From NCBI GenBank assembly GCA_965197585.1, contig OZ240215.1:2080001-2144000 (forward strand): a stretch of 64,000 nucleotides of DNA, in the 5' to 3' direction. Below the pieces are notes generated by a model that had not been told where the DNA came from, searched no databases, and saw only the letters and a list, made by a program, of their open reading frames with translations. The translations under genes were made by a program, and so were the position numbers. This document shows positions 38,680 to 49,036 of the stretch, one piece after another (position 1 is the first letter of the stretch; the number at the start of each line of letters is the position of its first letter). Origin of the DNA: Dehalococcoidia bacterium. GTDB lineage: Bacteria > Chloroflexota > Dehalococcoidia > Plut-88900.

Positions 38680-39620
38680 ACGGTCTACAGGCCCGATTGG
38701 ACTCGGGACCCGTCCTGATATTGGACGGCGCAGTCGGCACTGAGCTCGAAAAAATGGGTGTGCCCATGCACGGGCAAGTCTGGTGTGCCTCTGCGCTGGA
38801 CACCCATCCCGGCATCGTCCGCCAACTCCATGAGGACTACATCAACGCTGGCACCGACATCATAACGTCCAACTCCTACGCGTCCTCGCCTCACAATCTG
38901 GAGTCCGCGGGCCTCGGGGACCGGGCCGTAGAACTGAATGCCCTGTCCATCAAGCTGGTCAGGGATGCAATCGCCAACACCGCTCCCGGCAGGCCCATAT
39001 GGGTTGCCGGTTCCATGTCCAGCTTCGGGGTATACGCCTTCAGCCGGAGGGGACGCAGCCTTTTGCCGTTCCCCGTGCTTGAAGAGAGCTACCGACTTCA
39101 GGCCCACGCTTTGGCAGATGCCGGCGCTGACTTCCTCCTCCTCGAAATGATTCGAGAGGCGGAACACGGCTCAGCACTCCTGAGAGCGGCCCTTGAGACC
39201 GGGCTCCCGGTGTGGGTCGGGCTCAGTTGCAGCCTTACCCCTGAGGGTGAAGTCCACATGCTCTCGGAGGTTGAGCCAACTGCACCCTCAGAGCTCGACT
39301 TCCTGGAAACCCTCGACGAGGTGATGTCAGTCGGCGGTTCCCTGCTGGCCGTAATGCACAGCGATGTGCCCTGCATCAGCCCCGCGCTGAGGGCTGCGCG
39401 CTCAAGTTGGAAAGGCCCCCTCGCCGCCTACGCCAACTCCGGCACTTTCTTCGTAGTATCTGATCCGGATGTCAGGAGGATCGTTCCCCCCGATACTTAC
39501 CTGCAGCACGTGCAAGAGTGGGTAGAGTTGGGCGCTAGAGTCGTGGGAGGTTGCTGCGGTGTGGGTAGGGAGCACATCCGCCTAATCAGCGAGGCTTTCG
39601 GCAGCGCATCGGTGAAATAG
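38670..39620 (+). CDS. Homocysteine S-methyltransferase family protein
   Basis: LDGAVGTEL, HEDYI.AG, YAN, GGCCG; overlaps the upstream gene. Confidence 0.88.
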   Translation: MGVDGLQARLDSGPVLILDGAVGTELEKMGVPMHGQVWCASALDTHPGIVRQLHEDYINAGTDIITSNSYASSPHNLESAGLGDRAVELNALSIKLVRDAIANTAPGRPIWVAGSMSSFGVYAFSRRGRSLLPFPVLEESYRLQAHALADAGADFLLLEMIREAEHGSALLRAALETGLPVWVGLSCSLTPEGEVHMLSEVEPTAPSELDFLETLDEVMSVGGSLLAVMHSDVPCISPALRAARSSWKGPLAAYANSGTFFVVSDPDVRRIVPPDTYLQHVQEWVELGARVVGGCCGVGREHIRLISEAFGSASVK

Positions 39621-39815
39621 TCAAAATCGCGGCGACTCCACGAAGCGCAACTCCGTGCGCCGCGGGTAGTTTTCCAGGTGAAGTGGTTGTTTGTACAATT
39701 GCTGTTCCGAATGATCTGTCATACTGATAGCAAGACAACCGTTTTATTGCGGTAGTTGTGATTCCAAGGCCTGCCCTTACCCGCTGTTAGGCAGGAATGT
39801 TTGGGGGGGTGAGCA

Positions 39816-40508
39816 ATGATAGCAAACACACTAGAACCAAAATCTTGCCCTACTTTTGACGGCATTTACGATATCCCTGAGGCGGCAAGATACCTAAAGG
39901 CCGCTACGCACGGAGACTCGATTTACCCGGTGAGTCCTGCCAAATTGATACGGTGGATTCGACGCGGGCTTGCATCTCTAGAACTTGTCGATTTGTCTGG
40001 GCTTGAGCTGCTAATTGCTTTTGAGGACTTAGTCTCCATGCGTGTCATCGCTGCACTTAGAGCTGCGAGTGTTAGCTGGCCAGAAATATACAAGACTGAG
40101 AACTGGCTGCGCGCCGAGACTCGTGTACAGCGACCATTTGCTACTGAACTAATATGGACTGGTCAAGGGCAGGTTTTCACCGAATGGACCGGCCGCTTGC
40201 TTTCCGCAAGTCGGCATGGTCAGTTAGCACTTGAATTACTGCGTAAATACCTAATCCCAGTGCATGGCCTAATCTTCGATGACTCATCCTTGGTTGCTAC
40301 TTCTTGGGAGCCCGTATCAGGTGTAATACTTGAACCTAGAGTGCAATTCGGCGCCCCGTGTATCAAAGGCACTCGCATCCCCACACGTACTATCTCCGGC
40401 ATGGTAGAGGCAGGCGACACGGTCAGATGGATCACTGCCGCATATGACCTTTCATCGAACGAGGTGCAGGCAGCTTGTGATTGGGAATCTCGAATCCGAT
40501 CCGTATAG
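39816..40508 (+). CDS. DUF433-domain antitoxin with N-terminal HTH
   Basis: IY...EAARYL, F.DLV; C-terminal PRVQFGAPCIKGTRIPT....M..AG. Confidence 0.85.
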   Translation: MIANTLEPKSCPTFDGIYDIPEAARYLKAATHGDSIYPVSPAKLIRWIRRGLASLELVDLSGLELLIAFEDLVSMRVIAALRAASVSWPEIYKTENWLRAETRVQRPFATELIWTGQGQVFTEWTGRLLSASRHGQLALELLRKYLIPVHGLIFDDSSLVATSWEPVSGVILEPRVQFGAPCIKGTRIPTRTISGMVEAGDTVRWITAAYDLSSNEVQAACDWESRIRSV

Positions 40509-40905
40509 CCAACGATTTCTGCTAGATGAGTCTTTAGTGCCTGTCGTAGCAAGAGCGCTTGAACTTGTAGGATATGCATTCGTTGACGCTGCCAGCGCCA
40601 TGGGACGTAAGGGTGCCACCGACCCCGAAATTATCAAGTGGTGCAGAGACTACAATGCCGTTTGGGTCCATGCCGATGATCGTGCCAAGAAACAACACAA
40701 AGTCTTATTGGAAACCAATGCCATAAGGACCCTGTGGGTCTACAGAAGCGGCGGCAAAATGAGTGGCAAAGAACAATTACGCATTTTGTCGTTTGTTCTA
40801 CCCAAACTTATAAGGAACTTTCAGGCTCGCCCCACGGATCGACACTACAGGGCAAACTCTGCGAATGAACAGGCCAAGATAAGCTTACGTCCGTTCCAGC
40901 TTTAG
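40477..40905 (+). CDS. PIN-like toxin (DUF5615/VapC45-like)
   Basis: RFLLDESL, G..D.EII.WC, VW..AD; overlaps the DUF433 gene. Confidence 0.75.
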   Translation: MIGNLESDPYSQRFLLDESLVPVVARALELVGYAFVDAASAMGRKGATDPEIIKWCRDYNAVWVHADDRAKKQHKVLLETNAIRTLWVYRSGGKMSGKEQLRILSFVLPKLIRNFQARPTDRHYRANSANEQAKISLRPFQL

Positions 40906-40963
40906 CACTCAGTAAGCTTGGTTTTAGTCTTTTCAAGAACATCTGCATGACCGCAGTGCCCCC

Positions 40964-41776
40964 CTATCCCACCCCCCAGTCGATCCCATTACGCAGAATC
41001 TGCACGTACTCCTCGACATCCCAGCTGGCCCTGAACGCAGCTGGCATCGACGCCGGGTCCTCGACAGTTTCGTCGAAGGCGTGGTTGGTCTGGCTGGCAG
41101 GCGAGTGGCAGTGTCCCAGCGCAACATAGGCCACTCCGCCCTTGCCTATGTCCCTTGTATATCCCATGACCCGGGTCTTCCCGTCGGCCTGAAGTGACGT
41201 ATCTTCGTCGTAGACAAACCCGTAGCCAGAGTGGTCCGGTCCCAACTCCGCCGACAGGATCACGTTGGTCTCATTCGGGTGCTGGACCTCGATCATGTAC
41301 GGTTCGTCGATTGTCATGAAGGAAGAGGGGAGCCCGCGTGTCAAAGGGTTGTCCGCCCCCGACACGTCCACGCGGAATCTCCGGGTCTGCGGGTGGCTGA
41401 TGAAAAAGCTTCCGAGGGTGTCGTGGTGCTCGGACTTGATCATGCGCCTTCGGGTCTCACCCTCCACACGCTTAGCCTTGCCGCCACTGGTCCCGTGCAA
41501 CCCGACCCACCGGCCCCCGTCCTCCATCCACCGCCGCACCAACTGGTTCTGATCTCCGTCGAGGTGGGGCCCGGCAGTATAGGTGAGCATTAAGGCTGTG
41601 CCCGGAAGCCAGCGATGGATGTCGGTAAAGTCGTTGCCGACCGTAGCCTGCACACCCCTCTCTTCCAGCAACTCCAGGAGCCGGATACGGGCATAGTCCA
41701 TGTCGTGTCCCGCCAACGCCCCCACCGGATAGCCCCCAGTAATCATGTGCACACGGCCCGGCTGAACTTCTCTCAT
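40964..41776 (-). CDS. ThuA-like (class I glutamine-amidotransferase fold) protein
   Basis: GGRWVGLHG, GS.F.SHP, DEPY, G.G.V.Y.ALGH; RBS aaggag before ATG 41776. Confidence 0.8.
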   Translation of the reverse strand: MREVQPGRVHMITGGYPVGALAGHDMDYARIRLLELLEERGVQATVGNDFTDIHRWLPGTALMLTYTAGPHLDGDQNQLVRRWMEDGGRWVGLHGTSGGKAKRVEGETRRRMIKSEHHDTLGSFFISHPQTRRFRVDVSGADNPLTRGLPSSFMTIDEPYMIEVQHPNETNVILSAELGPDHSGYGFVYDEDTSLQADGKTRVMGYTRDIGKGGVAYVALGHCHSPASQTNHAFDETVEDPASMPAAFRASWDVEEYVQILRNGIDWGVG

Positions 41777-41836
41777 TTCTCGCTCCTTACACACTCACTT
41801 CTCTACTATGGATACCGTTCACTTAGTCGGTCTCAT

Positions 41837-42190
41837 TCAGTCCGCAAGCTCTAAACTCGACTGTTTGAGAAGGTTGGCAATGGCAACTCGAAGATATGCT
41901 TCCATCCGGATGCCGCGGCGCCTGTGCGCGAGTTCCTGGAACAGCTCTGTTAGCAACTCTTCATCGGTGCGAGGTATGCCGTCCGACATGACCCATTGGA
42001 TAAGAGACATCAACTGCCCCTGAGTGTACTCAGTCACAGTCAGACCCTGCCGTACCGGGGGCCGAGGCCCTCGAGGAACGCCCTGCTTGATTGCTGGATC
42101 AGGTTGTTCTGGACTAGCTGAAGTTGCGATGATGAAACCCCGGTCCTGAGCGTCTCTTCTGTTACTTTGGGCCAGATATCCAGATGTCCA
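41837..42190 (-). pseudogene. 3' remnant of a larger gene, resembling the C-terminus of large AAA/helicase-nuclease proteins
   Basis: Open frame without a convincing start: RGPRPPVRQG..VTEY....L..LI.WVMSDG..RTDEELL.E...EL..RRRG.R. Confidence 0.45.
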
Positions 42191-42201
42191 CGCCCTCCGA
42201 C

Positions 42202-44106
42202 CTAGTCCTCCAGGGTCGTGATGTCTCCGGGGTCGAGGCCCAACTCCCGTGCCTTGAGCAGCCGACGCATGATCTTGCCCGACCGCGTCTTAGGCAGTAC
42301 GGGCGTGAAGTCTATCTCCGTAGGCACCGCTATCGGGCCCAGCTCCTTACGCACGTGGAGCTTCAACGCCTTAACCATTTCATCCGATCCCGACTCCCCC
42401 GCCCTCAGCGTCACGAACCCCTTGATCTGCTCGCCCTTTATCTCATCCGGCTTCCCGATTACCGCCGCCTCCGCCACCGCCGGGTGCGACACCAGCGCAC
42501 TCTCCACCTCCGCAGAACCTATCCGGTGTCCGGCCACGTTCAGAACGTCGTCGGCCCGCCCGACCACCATGTAATAGTTCTCCGCGTCCCGCAGTGCCAC
42601 GTCTCCCGAGAAGTAGACGCCGGGGATGGTGTTCCAGTCCTTGTCGTATCGTGATGCGTCGCCGTAGACGGTGCGGAAGAAGCTGGGGAAGGGCCGTTTG
42701 ATTACAAGAAATCCACCCTTGTCGGGCTCCGTGATCGGCACGCCCTCCCTGTCCACAATATCCATCTCGACCCCCGGTAGGGGCCTCCCGACTCGGCCCG
42801 GCTTCACCTTCATGATCGGCATGGTCCCCAGGCACGGGCCACCCGTCTCCGTCTGCCACCAGTTATCGACGATGTAGCCCCACTCTCCATTCCCGCACAG
42901 GTGCTCGTAGGCCCACTTCTGGGCCTCGGGGTTCAGGGGTTCGCCTGCGCAGGTCAGCAGGCGGAGGGAGCGAAGGTCGTAGTTCTTGGCGTAGTGCTCG
43001 CCGTAACGCATCAGCATCCGGAGAACAGTGGGCGCGGTGAACATGACGTTTACGCCATATTTTTCGATGACGTTGTAGAAGGCGCCGGGGTCCGGGTAGT
43101 CGGGTGCGCCTTCCTTGAACACCGTCGTCGCACCGTACAGAAGCGGCGCGTACACGATGTAGCTGTGCCCCACAACCCACCCGATGTCCGACGTACACCA
43201 GTAGACGTCGTCCTCTTTCATGTCCCAGAAGGCCCGGAAGTGGTAATACGTCCCGACCATAAAGCCGCCGTGGACGTGGAGCACCCCCTTAGGTTTCCCG
43301 GTAGTGCCGCTGGTGTAGAGGATGAACAAGGGGTCTTCGGCGTTCATCACCTCGGGTTCGCAGTCGACACCCCCGCTGGCCAGAAGCTCATCGAAGTCGA
43401 CCTCTTTCTCCATCAGGGGTGTGTCCTTCGTCTCCCGACGCCACACCACGATGTGCTTCAGATGGTCGATGTCTTTCGATGCTTCGTCGCTTATGCCTTT
43501 GAGGTCGACGGGCTTGCCACGCCTGTATCCGAAGTCCGCGGTTATCACTACCTTAGCCTCTGCATCTAGAATTCTCTGACGCAGCGCCCCGACGCTGAAT
43601 CCCGCGTACACCACGCTATGCACCGCCCCAATCCGGGCGCAGGCCAGCATGGATATCGCTCCCTCGGGAGTCAGTGGCATGTATATGATCACCTTGTCGC
43701 CCTTCCCGACCCCCAGGCTCCTCAGCCCATTGGCCATCCGGTTGACCAACTGGGCAAGCCGCCCGTAGGTGAGCACCTTCTCCGACCCGTCCTCCCCTAT
43801 CCACACGAAGGCCGCCTTATTTTTGCGGCCGTCTTTCAGATGCCGGTCCAGGCAGTTGTAAGTTATGTTGCATTCGCCGTCCGGGAACCACTTGAAGTTG
43901 GGGTAGTCCCATTCGAAAACCCGGGTCCAGGGTTTGTACCAGTCCAGCTCCGACGCCACCTCCGACCAGAACCCCTCAGGGTCTTCCGTGGAGCGTTTGT
44001 ACTCGCTTTCGTAGTCCTGAATGTTGGCGTTTTCAACCAGCCAGGCAGGCGGCTCTATCTCGCTCGTCTCCTGCAGCAGATGGTCGATCTGTCTTTGCTC
44101 TACCAC
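42202..44106 (-). CDS. acs: Acetyl-CoA synthetase
   Basis: YTSGTTGKPKG, WCTSDIGW, WWQTETG, GRADDVLNVAGHR, PKTRSGKIMRR. Confidence 0.93.
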   Translation of the reverse strand: MVEQRQIDHLLQETSEIEPPAWLVENANIQDYESEYKRSTEDPEGFWSEVASELDWYKPWTRVFEWDYPNFKWFPDGECNITYNCLDRHLKDGRKNKAAFVWIGEDGSEKVLTYGRLAQLVNRMANGLRSLGVGKGDKVIIYMPLTPEGAISMLACARIGAVHSVVYAGFSVGALRQRILDAEAKVVITADFGYRRGKPVDLKGISDEASKDIDHLKHIVVWRRETKDTPLMEKEVDFDELLASGGVDCEPEVMNAEDPLFILYTSGTTGKPKGVLHVHGGFMVGTYYHFRAFWDMKEDDVYWCTSDIGWVVGHSYIVYAPLLYGATTVFKEGAPDYPDPGAFYNVIEKYGVNVMFTAPTVLRMLMRYGEHYAKNYDLRSLRLLTCAGEPLNPEAQKWAYEHLCGNGEWGYIVDNWWQTETGGPCLGTMPIMKVKPGRVGRPLPGVEMDIVDREGVPITEPDKGGFLVIKRPFPSFFRTVYGDASRYDKDWNTIPGVYFSGDVALRDAENYYMVVGRADDVLNVAGHRIGSAEVESALVSHPAVAEAAVIGKPDEIKGEQIKGFVTLRAGESGSDEMVKALKLHVRKELGPIAVPTEIDFTPVLPKTRSGKIMRRLLKARELGLDPGDITTLED

Positions 44107-44271
44107 AATCTCTCTCCCGTTCAGGCAGGATTAAAAGGGCCTTAAAAAGGCCGCAAAAGAGTCCGTGACATGTTAGCAGTTATCAGAGGTGCGCGAAACG
44201 GGCAGGACTACCACCCCCCGCCCCACTACTGATAATATGTTCCCACACCCCACCAAGTTCAGGAGGCTCAC

Positions 44272-45228
44272 ATGTCCGATAAAAATGTAGGCATTGTTAA
44301 CGTACCCGGCGACCCCCGAGCTATCGTGGACGGCATCAAAGAACTCGAAAATGCCGGAATCCCCGCCGTCTGGCTCACCACCGGCGCCCCCGGAGCCGAC
44401 GCCCTTACCATCTTCTCCGCAGCCGCCGCCATCACTGACTCCATAAAGATGGGCACCGCAATCACCCCCACTTGGGGCCAGCACCCGGTCTATTCCGTCC
44501 AACAGATCCAGGTCATCGCCAACCTGGCGCCCGGCAGGCTCCGGTTCGGAGTAGGGCCCAGCGGCAAGGGCGGGATGATCAAGACCTACGGCGCCGACTT
44601 CCGGCAGCCCGTGACGAACATGCGGGAGTACATTCAGGTCGCTAAGTCGCTGCTTCAGAATGGAGAGGTCAATTTCGATGGAAGCCAGTACCGGGCCCGA
44701 GCCAGGATCAGCCCCTCCATACCAGACGTCCCGGTCATCGGCTCGGCCTTGGGCACGGGTGCATTCCGAGCCTGCGGAGAGGTCGCCGATGGTGCGATAA
44801 GCTGGCTCTGCCCGCCTCCCTACCTCAAGAACTACGGTCTACCCGCATTGAAAGCGGGTGCTCGCAACGCCGACCGCCCCACCCCACCCCTCTTCGCCCA
44901 CTTCGTGACCTGCCTTCACGAAGACATCGACGAAGTGCGGGCCGCCGTCCGGCAGGACTTCACCTACTTCGCCTCCGCCGAGTTCTACATCAACATGTTC
45001 GCAGCCGCCGGGTTCCCGGGAGTCAGCCGGGAGACGGGCCTCTCGGACGAGTTGATCGACTCCTTTACTTTCTACGGAGACCAGAACGCCATCGCCTCCA
45101 GCATTCAGGGGCTCTTTGATGACGGCGCCGGCGAAGTCTACGCATCCATCGTCACCCCGGGCCCCGACGCCAAAGCTTCCAGGCAGCGCACCGTGGCCGC
45201 ACTCAGCGAGATCAACAAGGGCCTATAG
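44272..45228 (+). CDS. LLM-class (luciferase-like) oxidoreductase
   Basis: A..TD.IK.GTAI.PTW..HP, APGR.R.GVG.S, GEVADGAISW. Confidence 0.9.
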   Translation: MSDKNVGIVNVPGDPRAIVDGIKELENAGIPAVWLTTGAPGADALTIFSAAAAITDSIKMGTAITPTWGQHPVYSVQQIQVIANLAPGRLRFGVGPSGKGGMIKTYGADFRQPVTNMREYIQVAKSLLQNGEVNFDGSQYRARARISPSIPDVPVIGSALGTGAFRACGEVADGAISWLCPPPYLKNYGLPALKAGARNADRPTPPLFAHFVTCLHEDIDEVRAAVRQDFTYFASAEFYINMFAAAGFPGVSRETGLSDELIDSFTFYGDQNAIASSIQGLFDDGAGEVYASIVTPGPDAKASRQRTVAALSEINKGL

Positions 45229-45284
45229 ACGAGCCCGGTTAGGCGGGAGTCGGGAGCCTAATCCACAGAGGAAGGAGGACCCTC

Positions 45285-46940
45285 ATGTCAGACACGCCCA
45301 TGAACATGCAGGACTACGAAGAGACATACGCCTCCTTCCGGCTGGACGTGCCGGAGTTCTACAACTTCGCCTTCGACGTGGTCGACAAATGGGCCGAGGA
45401 CCGCACCAAGCTCGCACTCCTGACCATCGATTCCGACGGCCAAAGCGCCGAACATCACACCTTCTGGGACCTGAAAGTCCAGTCCAACCGGTTCGCCAAA
45501 ATCCTCCGGGCCCAGGGGATTAAGAAAGGCGACCGTGCCTTCCTCATGCTCCCACGCAACCCCGAGTGGTACGTCGCGCTTCTCGGAATGATCAAGCTCG
45601 GGGTGCTGCCGATGCCCGCTACCACTATGTGCACCCCTAAGGACATCGAGTACCGTATCAACGCCTCTGACGCTGCCATAGTCATAACGGACGTCGAGAA
45701 TGCCTCGAAGGTAGACCAGGTCGCCGGGCAATGCCCTTCCCTCAAGCGCCTCATGACCACCCGCGGCAGCAGGACCGGCTGGCTCTGCTATGACGACGAG
45801 ATGGCTCAGGCCTCACCTTATCTCGAAGATGTCGAGCCCACCCGCAGCGACGACCCGCTCATGGTCTATTTCACCTCCGGCACCGTGGGTTACCCCAAGA
45901 TGGTGCTCCACACCCAGGCTTCCTACGGCATTGCCCACGTCATCACCGCCAAGTTCTGGCACGACCTCCGCTCAACCGACATGCAGTGGACAATCTCCGA
46001 CACCGGTTGGGCCAAGACCGCCTACGGCAAGCTCTTCGGACAGTGGACCCAGGGCGCTACGGTCGTCCAGCACGACGCCAAGGGCCGCTTCGGCCCCAAG
46101 GTCACGCTCAACATCCTCGGTAAGTTCGGCGTCACCTCCTTCTGCGCCCCGCCGACCGTATACCGGCTCCTGGTCCTCGAAGACCTGCAAAAATATGACC
46201 TCTCGGGCCTGCGGCACTGCACCAGCGCCGGCGAGCCGCTTAACCCGGAGGTCATCAAGCAGTGGCAGGACGGCACGGGCCTCACCATCTACGACGGATA
46301 TGGTCAGACCGAGTCGGTCCTTCTCGTCGGCAACTACCGGTGCATGCCCGTCATCCCCGGCTCGATGGGCAAGCCGACGCCCGGCTTCCTGGTTTCCATT
46401 GTCAACGAAGAGGGCGTCGAGCTTCCGACTGGAGAGGAAGGTCAGATCGCCGTGCGCGTCAAACCGGAACGACCCGTCGGGCTGTTCCGCGAGTACTGGC
46501 GCAACGAGGAGACCACTCGGGGCGTCTTCCAGGGCGACTGGTATTACACCGGCGACAAGGCTTACAAGGACGAGAACGGCTACTACTATTTCGTTGGTAG
46601 GGCCGACGACGTGATAATCTCCGCCGGGTACCGGATCGGCCCCTTCGAGGTCGAGAGCGCGCTCATTGAACACCCGGCGGTTGCGGAGTCCGCGGTCGTG
46701 GCCAGCCCTCACCCCGTCCGAGGTGATATCGTCAAGGCATTCGTGATCCTGAGCCCCGGCCACGTCCCCTCAGACGAGCTGGTTATCAGCCTCCAGGACC
46801 ACGTCAAGCAGTCCACCGCCCCCTATAAGTACCCCCGTGAGATAGAGTTCGTCACCGAGCTTCCCAAAACCATCAGCGGGAAAATACGCCGCGTCGAGCT
46901 ACGGCAACGTGAGCTCCAACGTTACGCCAAAGATGTCTAG
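45285..46940 (+). CDS. Medium-chain acyl-CoA synthetase / AMP-binding enzyme
   Basis: FTSGTVGYPK, SDTGW, YGQTE, GYRIGPFEVES, PKTISGKIRR. Confidence 0.92.
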   Translation: MSDTPMNMQDYEETYASFRLDVPEFYNFAFDVVDKWAEDRTKLALLTIDSDGQSAEHHTFWDLKVQSNRFAKILRAQGIKKGDRAFLMLPRNPEWYVALLGMIKLGVLPMPATTMCTPKDIEYRINASDAAIVITDVENASKVDQVAGQCPSLKRLMTTRGSRTGWLCYDDEMAQASPYLEDVEPTRSDDPLMVYFTSGTVGYPKMVLHTQASYGIAHVITAKFWHDLRSTDMQWTISDTGWAKTAYGKLFGQWTQGATVVQHDAKGRFGPKVTLNILGKFGVTSFCAPPTVYRLLVLEDLQKYDLSGLRHCTSAGEPLNPEVIKQWQDGTGLTIYDGYGQTESVLLVGNYRCMPVIPGSMGKPTPGFLVSIVNEEGVELPTGEEGQIAVRVKPERPVGLFREYWRNEETTRGVFQGDWYYTGDKAYKDENGYYYFVGRADDVIISAGYRIGPFEVESALIEHPAVAESAVVASPHPVRGDIVKAFVILSPGHVPSDELVISLQDHVKQSTAPYKYPREIEFVTELPKTISGKIRRVELRQRELQRYAKDV

Positions 46941-46989
46941 CCGCCCACATTCAGGCTTATAATCGCTTCACCCTAACCGGGAGGACGCC

Positions 46990-48237
46990 ATGACCCCCGA
47001 GACCAGCCCTTTAGTGCCCGAGACTTTCGGCCCTCTCCAGGGCGTCAAGATCCTGTCCAGCGGCACCATTATCGCCCAGCCCTTCGCCGCTCTCCTCGCC
47101 GCCGAAATGGGGGCTGAAGTCATCCAGATCGAGCGGCCCGGACAGGGCGACCTGGTCTGGCGCAACCTGGAATTTCCCCTGGAAGGCCCCAATGGAGTGA
47201 AGACCGCCAGTGCCTGGGTGCAGGAACGGCGCAACATGTTCCACGTCTCCCTGGACCTGTCCAGGCCCGAGGGTAAGGAGATTTTCCTCAAGCTCGTTGC
47301 CCGGTCCGACATCTGGATGGAGTCCTCCAAGCCCGGCGCCTACCAGAAGTGGGGCCTAGACGACGAAACCGTTCTGAAGGCCAACCCGAAGCTCGTCATA
47401 TGTCATGTGTCGGGCTATGGCCAAGAGGGTCATCCCGACTACCTAGGCCGCGCTTCCTATGACTTCGTTGGCCAGGGCTTTGGAGGCATGATGCACCTCA
47501 CCGGATTCCCGGAACCCGAGCCTCCCGTCCGTGCCGTCCCCTGGACCGCCGACTACATCACCGCCGGCTTCTGTCTCTGGTCTTCCCTCGCTGGATACAT
47601 CCACGCCCAGCGCACAGGGCAGGGGCAGGTCATCGACCTCGCCCAGTACGAGGCCATCCACAAGACCCTCGCAGGGACTATGGTCGCCTACTACGAGATG
47701 GGTCTGAACCGAGGCCGCTCCGGCAACAAGGCCGGCCTCTTCCAGCCATACGACGTGTTCCATGCCAAGGACGGCTGGGTCATCATCGCCGCCGTGGGCA
47801 CTCCCTACGACCGCGTGTGCGGCGTGCTGGGCCTCGACCCGAAAGAAGAGAAGTGGCAGAAGGCCCACCAGGGCGTCTACACCCCCGAGGGCCTGGAGTT
47901 CGACGCCATCCTCCGCGCCTGGGCAGAAGAACGCACCGTCCAGCAGATAGTCGACACTATGAACGAGGCCCAGGTCGCTGCCTGCCCGATCATGACCCCC
48001 GAGGACACCGCCAAAGACCTCCATTACGAGTTGCGGGACATGCACGTGGAGTGGGAAGACGTGCAGCTTAATCGTAAGGTGAAGGGCACGGGGGTCGTGC
48101 CCAAGTTCTCGGAGACGCCCGGTAAGATCTGGCGGGGTTCAGTAGCTCTCGGCCACGACAACGAGCTCATCTTCTCCAAGCTGCTGGACCTCAGTTCCGA
48201 TGAAATTGCAGCCCTAAAACAGGAAGGTATAACTTAG
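46990..48237 (+). CDS. CaiB/BaiF-subfamily CoA-transferase
   Basis: FGPLQGV......IA.PFA, GAEVI.IE, P.TADY, closely resembling L-carnitine CoA-transferase motifs. Confidence 0.88.
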   Translation: MTPETSPLVPETFGPLQGVKILSSGTIIAQPFAALLAAEMGAEVIQIERPGQGDLVWRNLEFPLEGPNGVKTASAWVQERRNMFHVSLDLSRPEGKEIFLKLVARSDIWMESSKPGAYQKWGLDDETVLKANPKLVICHVSGYGQEGHPDYLGRASYDFVGQGFGGMMHLTGFPEPEPPVRAVPWTADYITAGFCLWSSLAGYIHAQRTGQGQVIDLAQYEAIHKTLAGTMVAYYEMGLNRGRSGNKAGLFQPYDVFHAKDGWVIIAAVGTPYDRVCGVLGLDPKEEKWQKAHQGVYTPEGLEFDAILRAWAEERTVQQIVDTMNEAQVAACPIMTPEDTAKDLHYELRDMHVEWEDVQLNRKVKGTGVVPKFSETPGKIWRGSVALGHDNELIFSKLLDLSSDEIAALKQEGIT

Positions 48238-48245
48238 GATTTACC

Positions 48246-49007
48246 ATGCCGGACGCCACCCGACTCGACAATCAAGTTGCCATAGTCACCGGCGCCGCCC
48301 GAGGCATAGGCCGCGGCATCGCCCTCGTCCTCGCCGAAGCCGGAGCTTCGATAGTCATCGGTGACCTTTTAGACTCATCGGAGACCGTTCGCTTAGTTGA
48401 AGACCTCGAAGGAAAGGCTGTCTCCATGCAGATGGACACCAGCCGCCCTCAGGACGCTCAGGCCCTAGTAGACCTTGCCCTTAACACCTTCGGACGGCTG
48501 GACATTCTGGTCAACGACGCCGGAATAGATGCCCCCGACGGCAACGCCTGGGACCTCCCCGACGAAGAATGGACGCGTGTCATTGACGTGAACCTGAGTG
48601 GCGTCTTCTATTGCTCCAAGGCCGCCCTCCAGCCCATGCTCAAGGTGGGTAGCGGTGCGATTGTCAACATCTCTTCCCAGTCGGCGCGCATCGGGTCCAA
48701 GGGAATGTCCCCTGCCTACAACACCTCCAAAGCAGGCGTCCTCGGACTCACAATGGCCTTCTCCGCCCACGTAGCCGACAAAGGCGTGCGGGTCAACGCC
48801 GTGACCCCCGGCCTCGTCCGGTCCAAGGAGTTTGGCTGGTCCAAGGAAGAGGACGATGGAAAGACCGCCGAGTACCCCTTGGGCCTCGGCGCGCCCAGGG
48901 ACATCGGTGAGGCCGTCAGATACCTCGCCAGCCCCGCGTCCCGATGGGTCTCGGGCACCGCTCTCCACATCGCCGGCGGCTATCAAAAAGGGGCAAGCTG
49001 GTTCTAG
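48246..49007 (+). CDS. Short-chain dehydrogenase/reductase
   Basis: TGAARGIG, NDAG, YNTSK, VNAVTPG. Confidence 0.92.
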   Translation: MPDATRLDNQVAIVTGAARGIGRGIALVLAEAGASIVIGDLLDSSETVRLVEDLEGKAVSMQMDTSRPQDAQALVDLALNTFGRLDILVNDAGIDAPDGNAWDLPDEEWTRVIDVNLSGVFYCSKAALQPMLKVGSGAIVNISSQSARIGSKGMSPAYNTSKAGVLGLTMAFSAHVADKGVRVNAVTPGLVRSKEFGWSKEEDDGKTAEYPLGLGAPRDIGEAVRYLASPASRWVSGTALHIAGGYQKGASWF

Positions 49008-49036
49008 CCCGACCAGTCCTAAAGGAAAACTGCACC

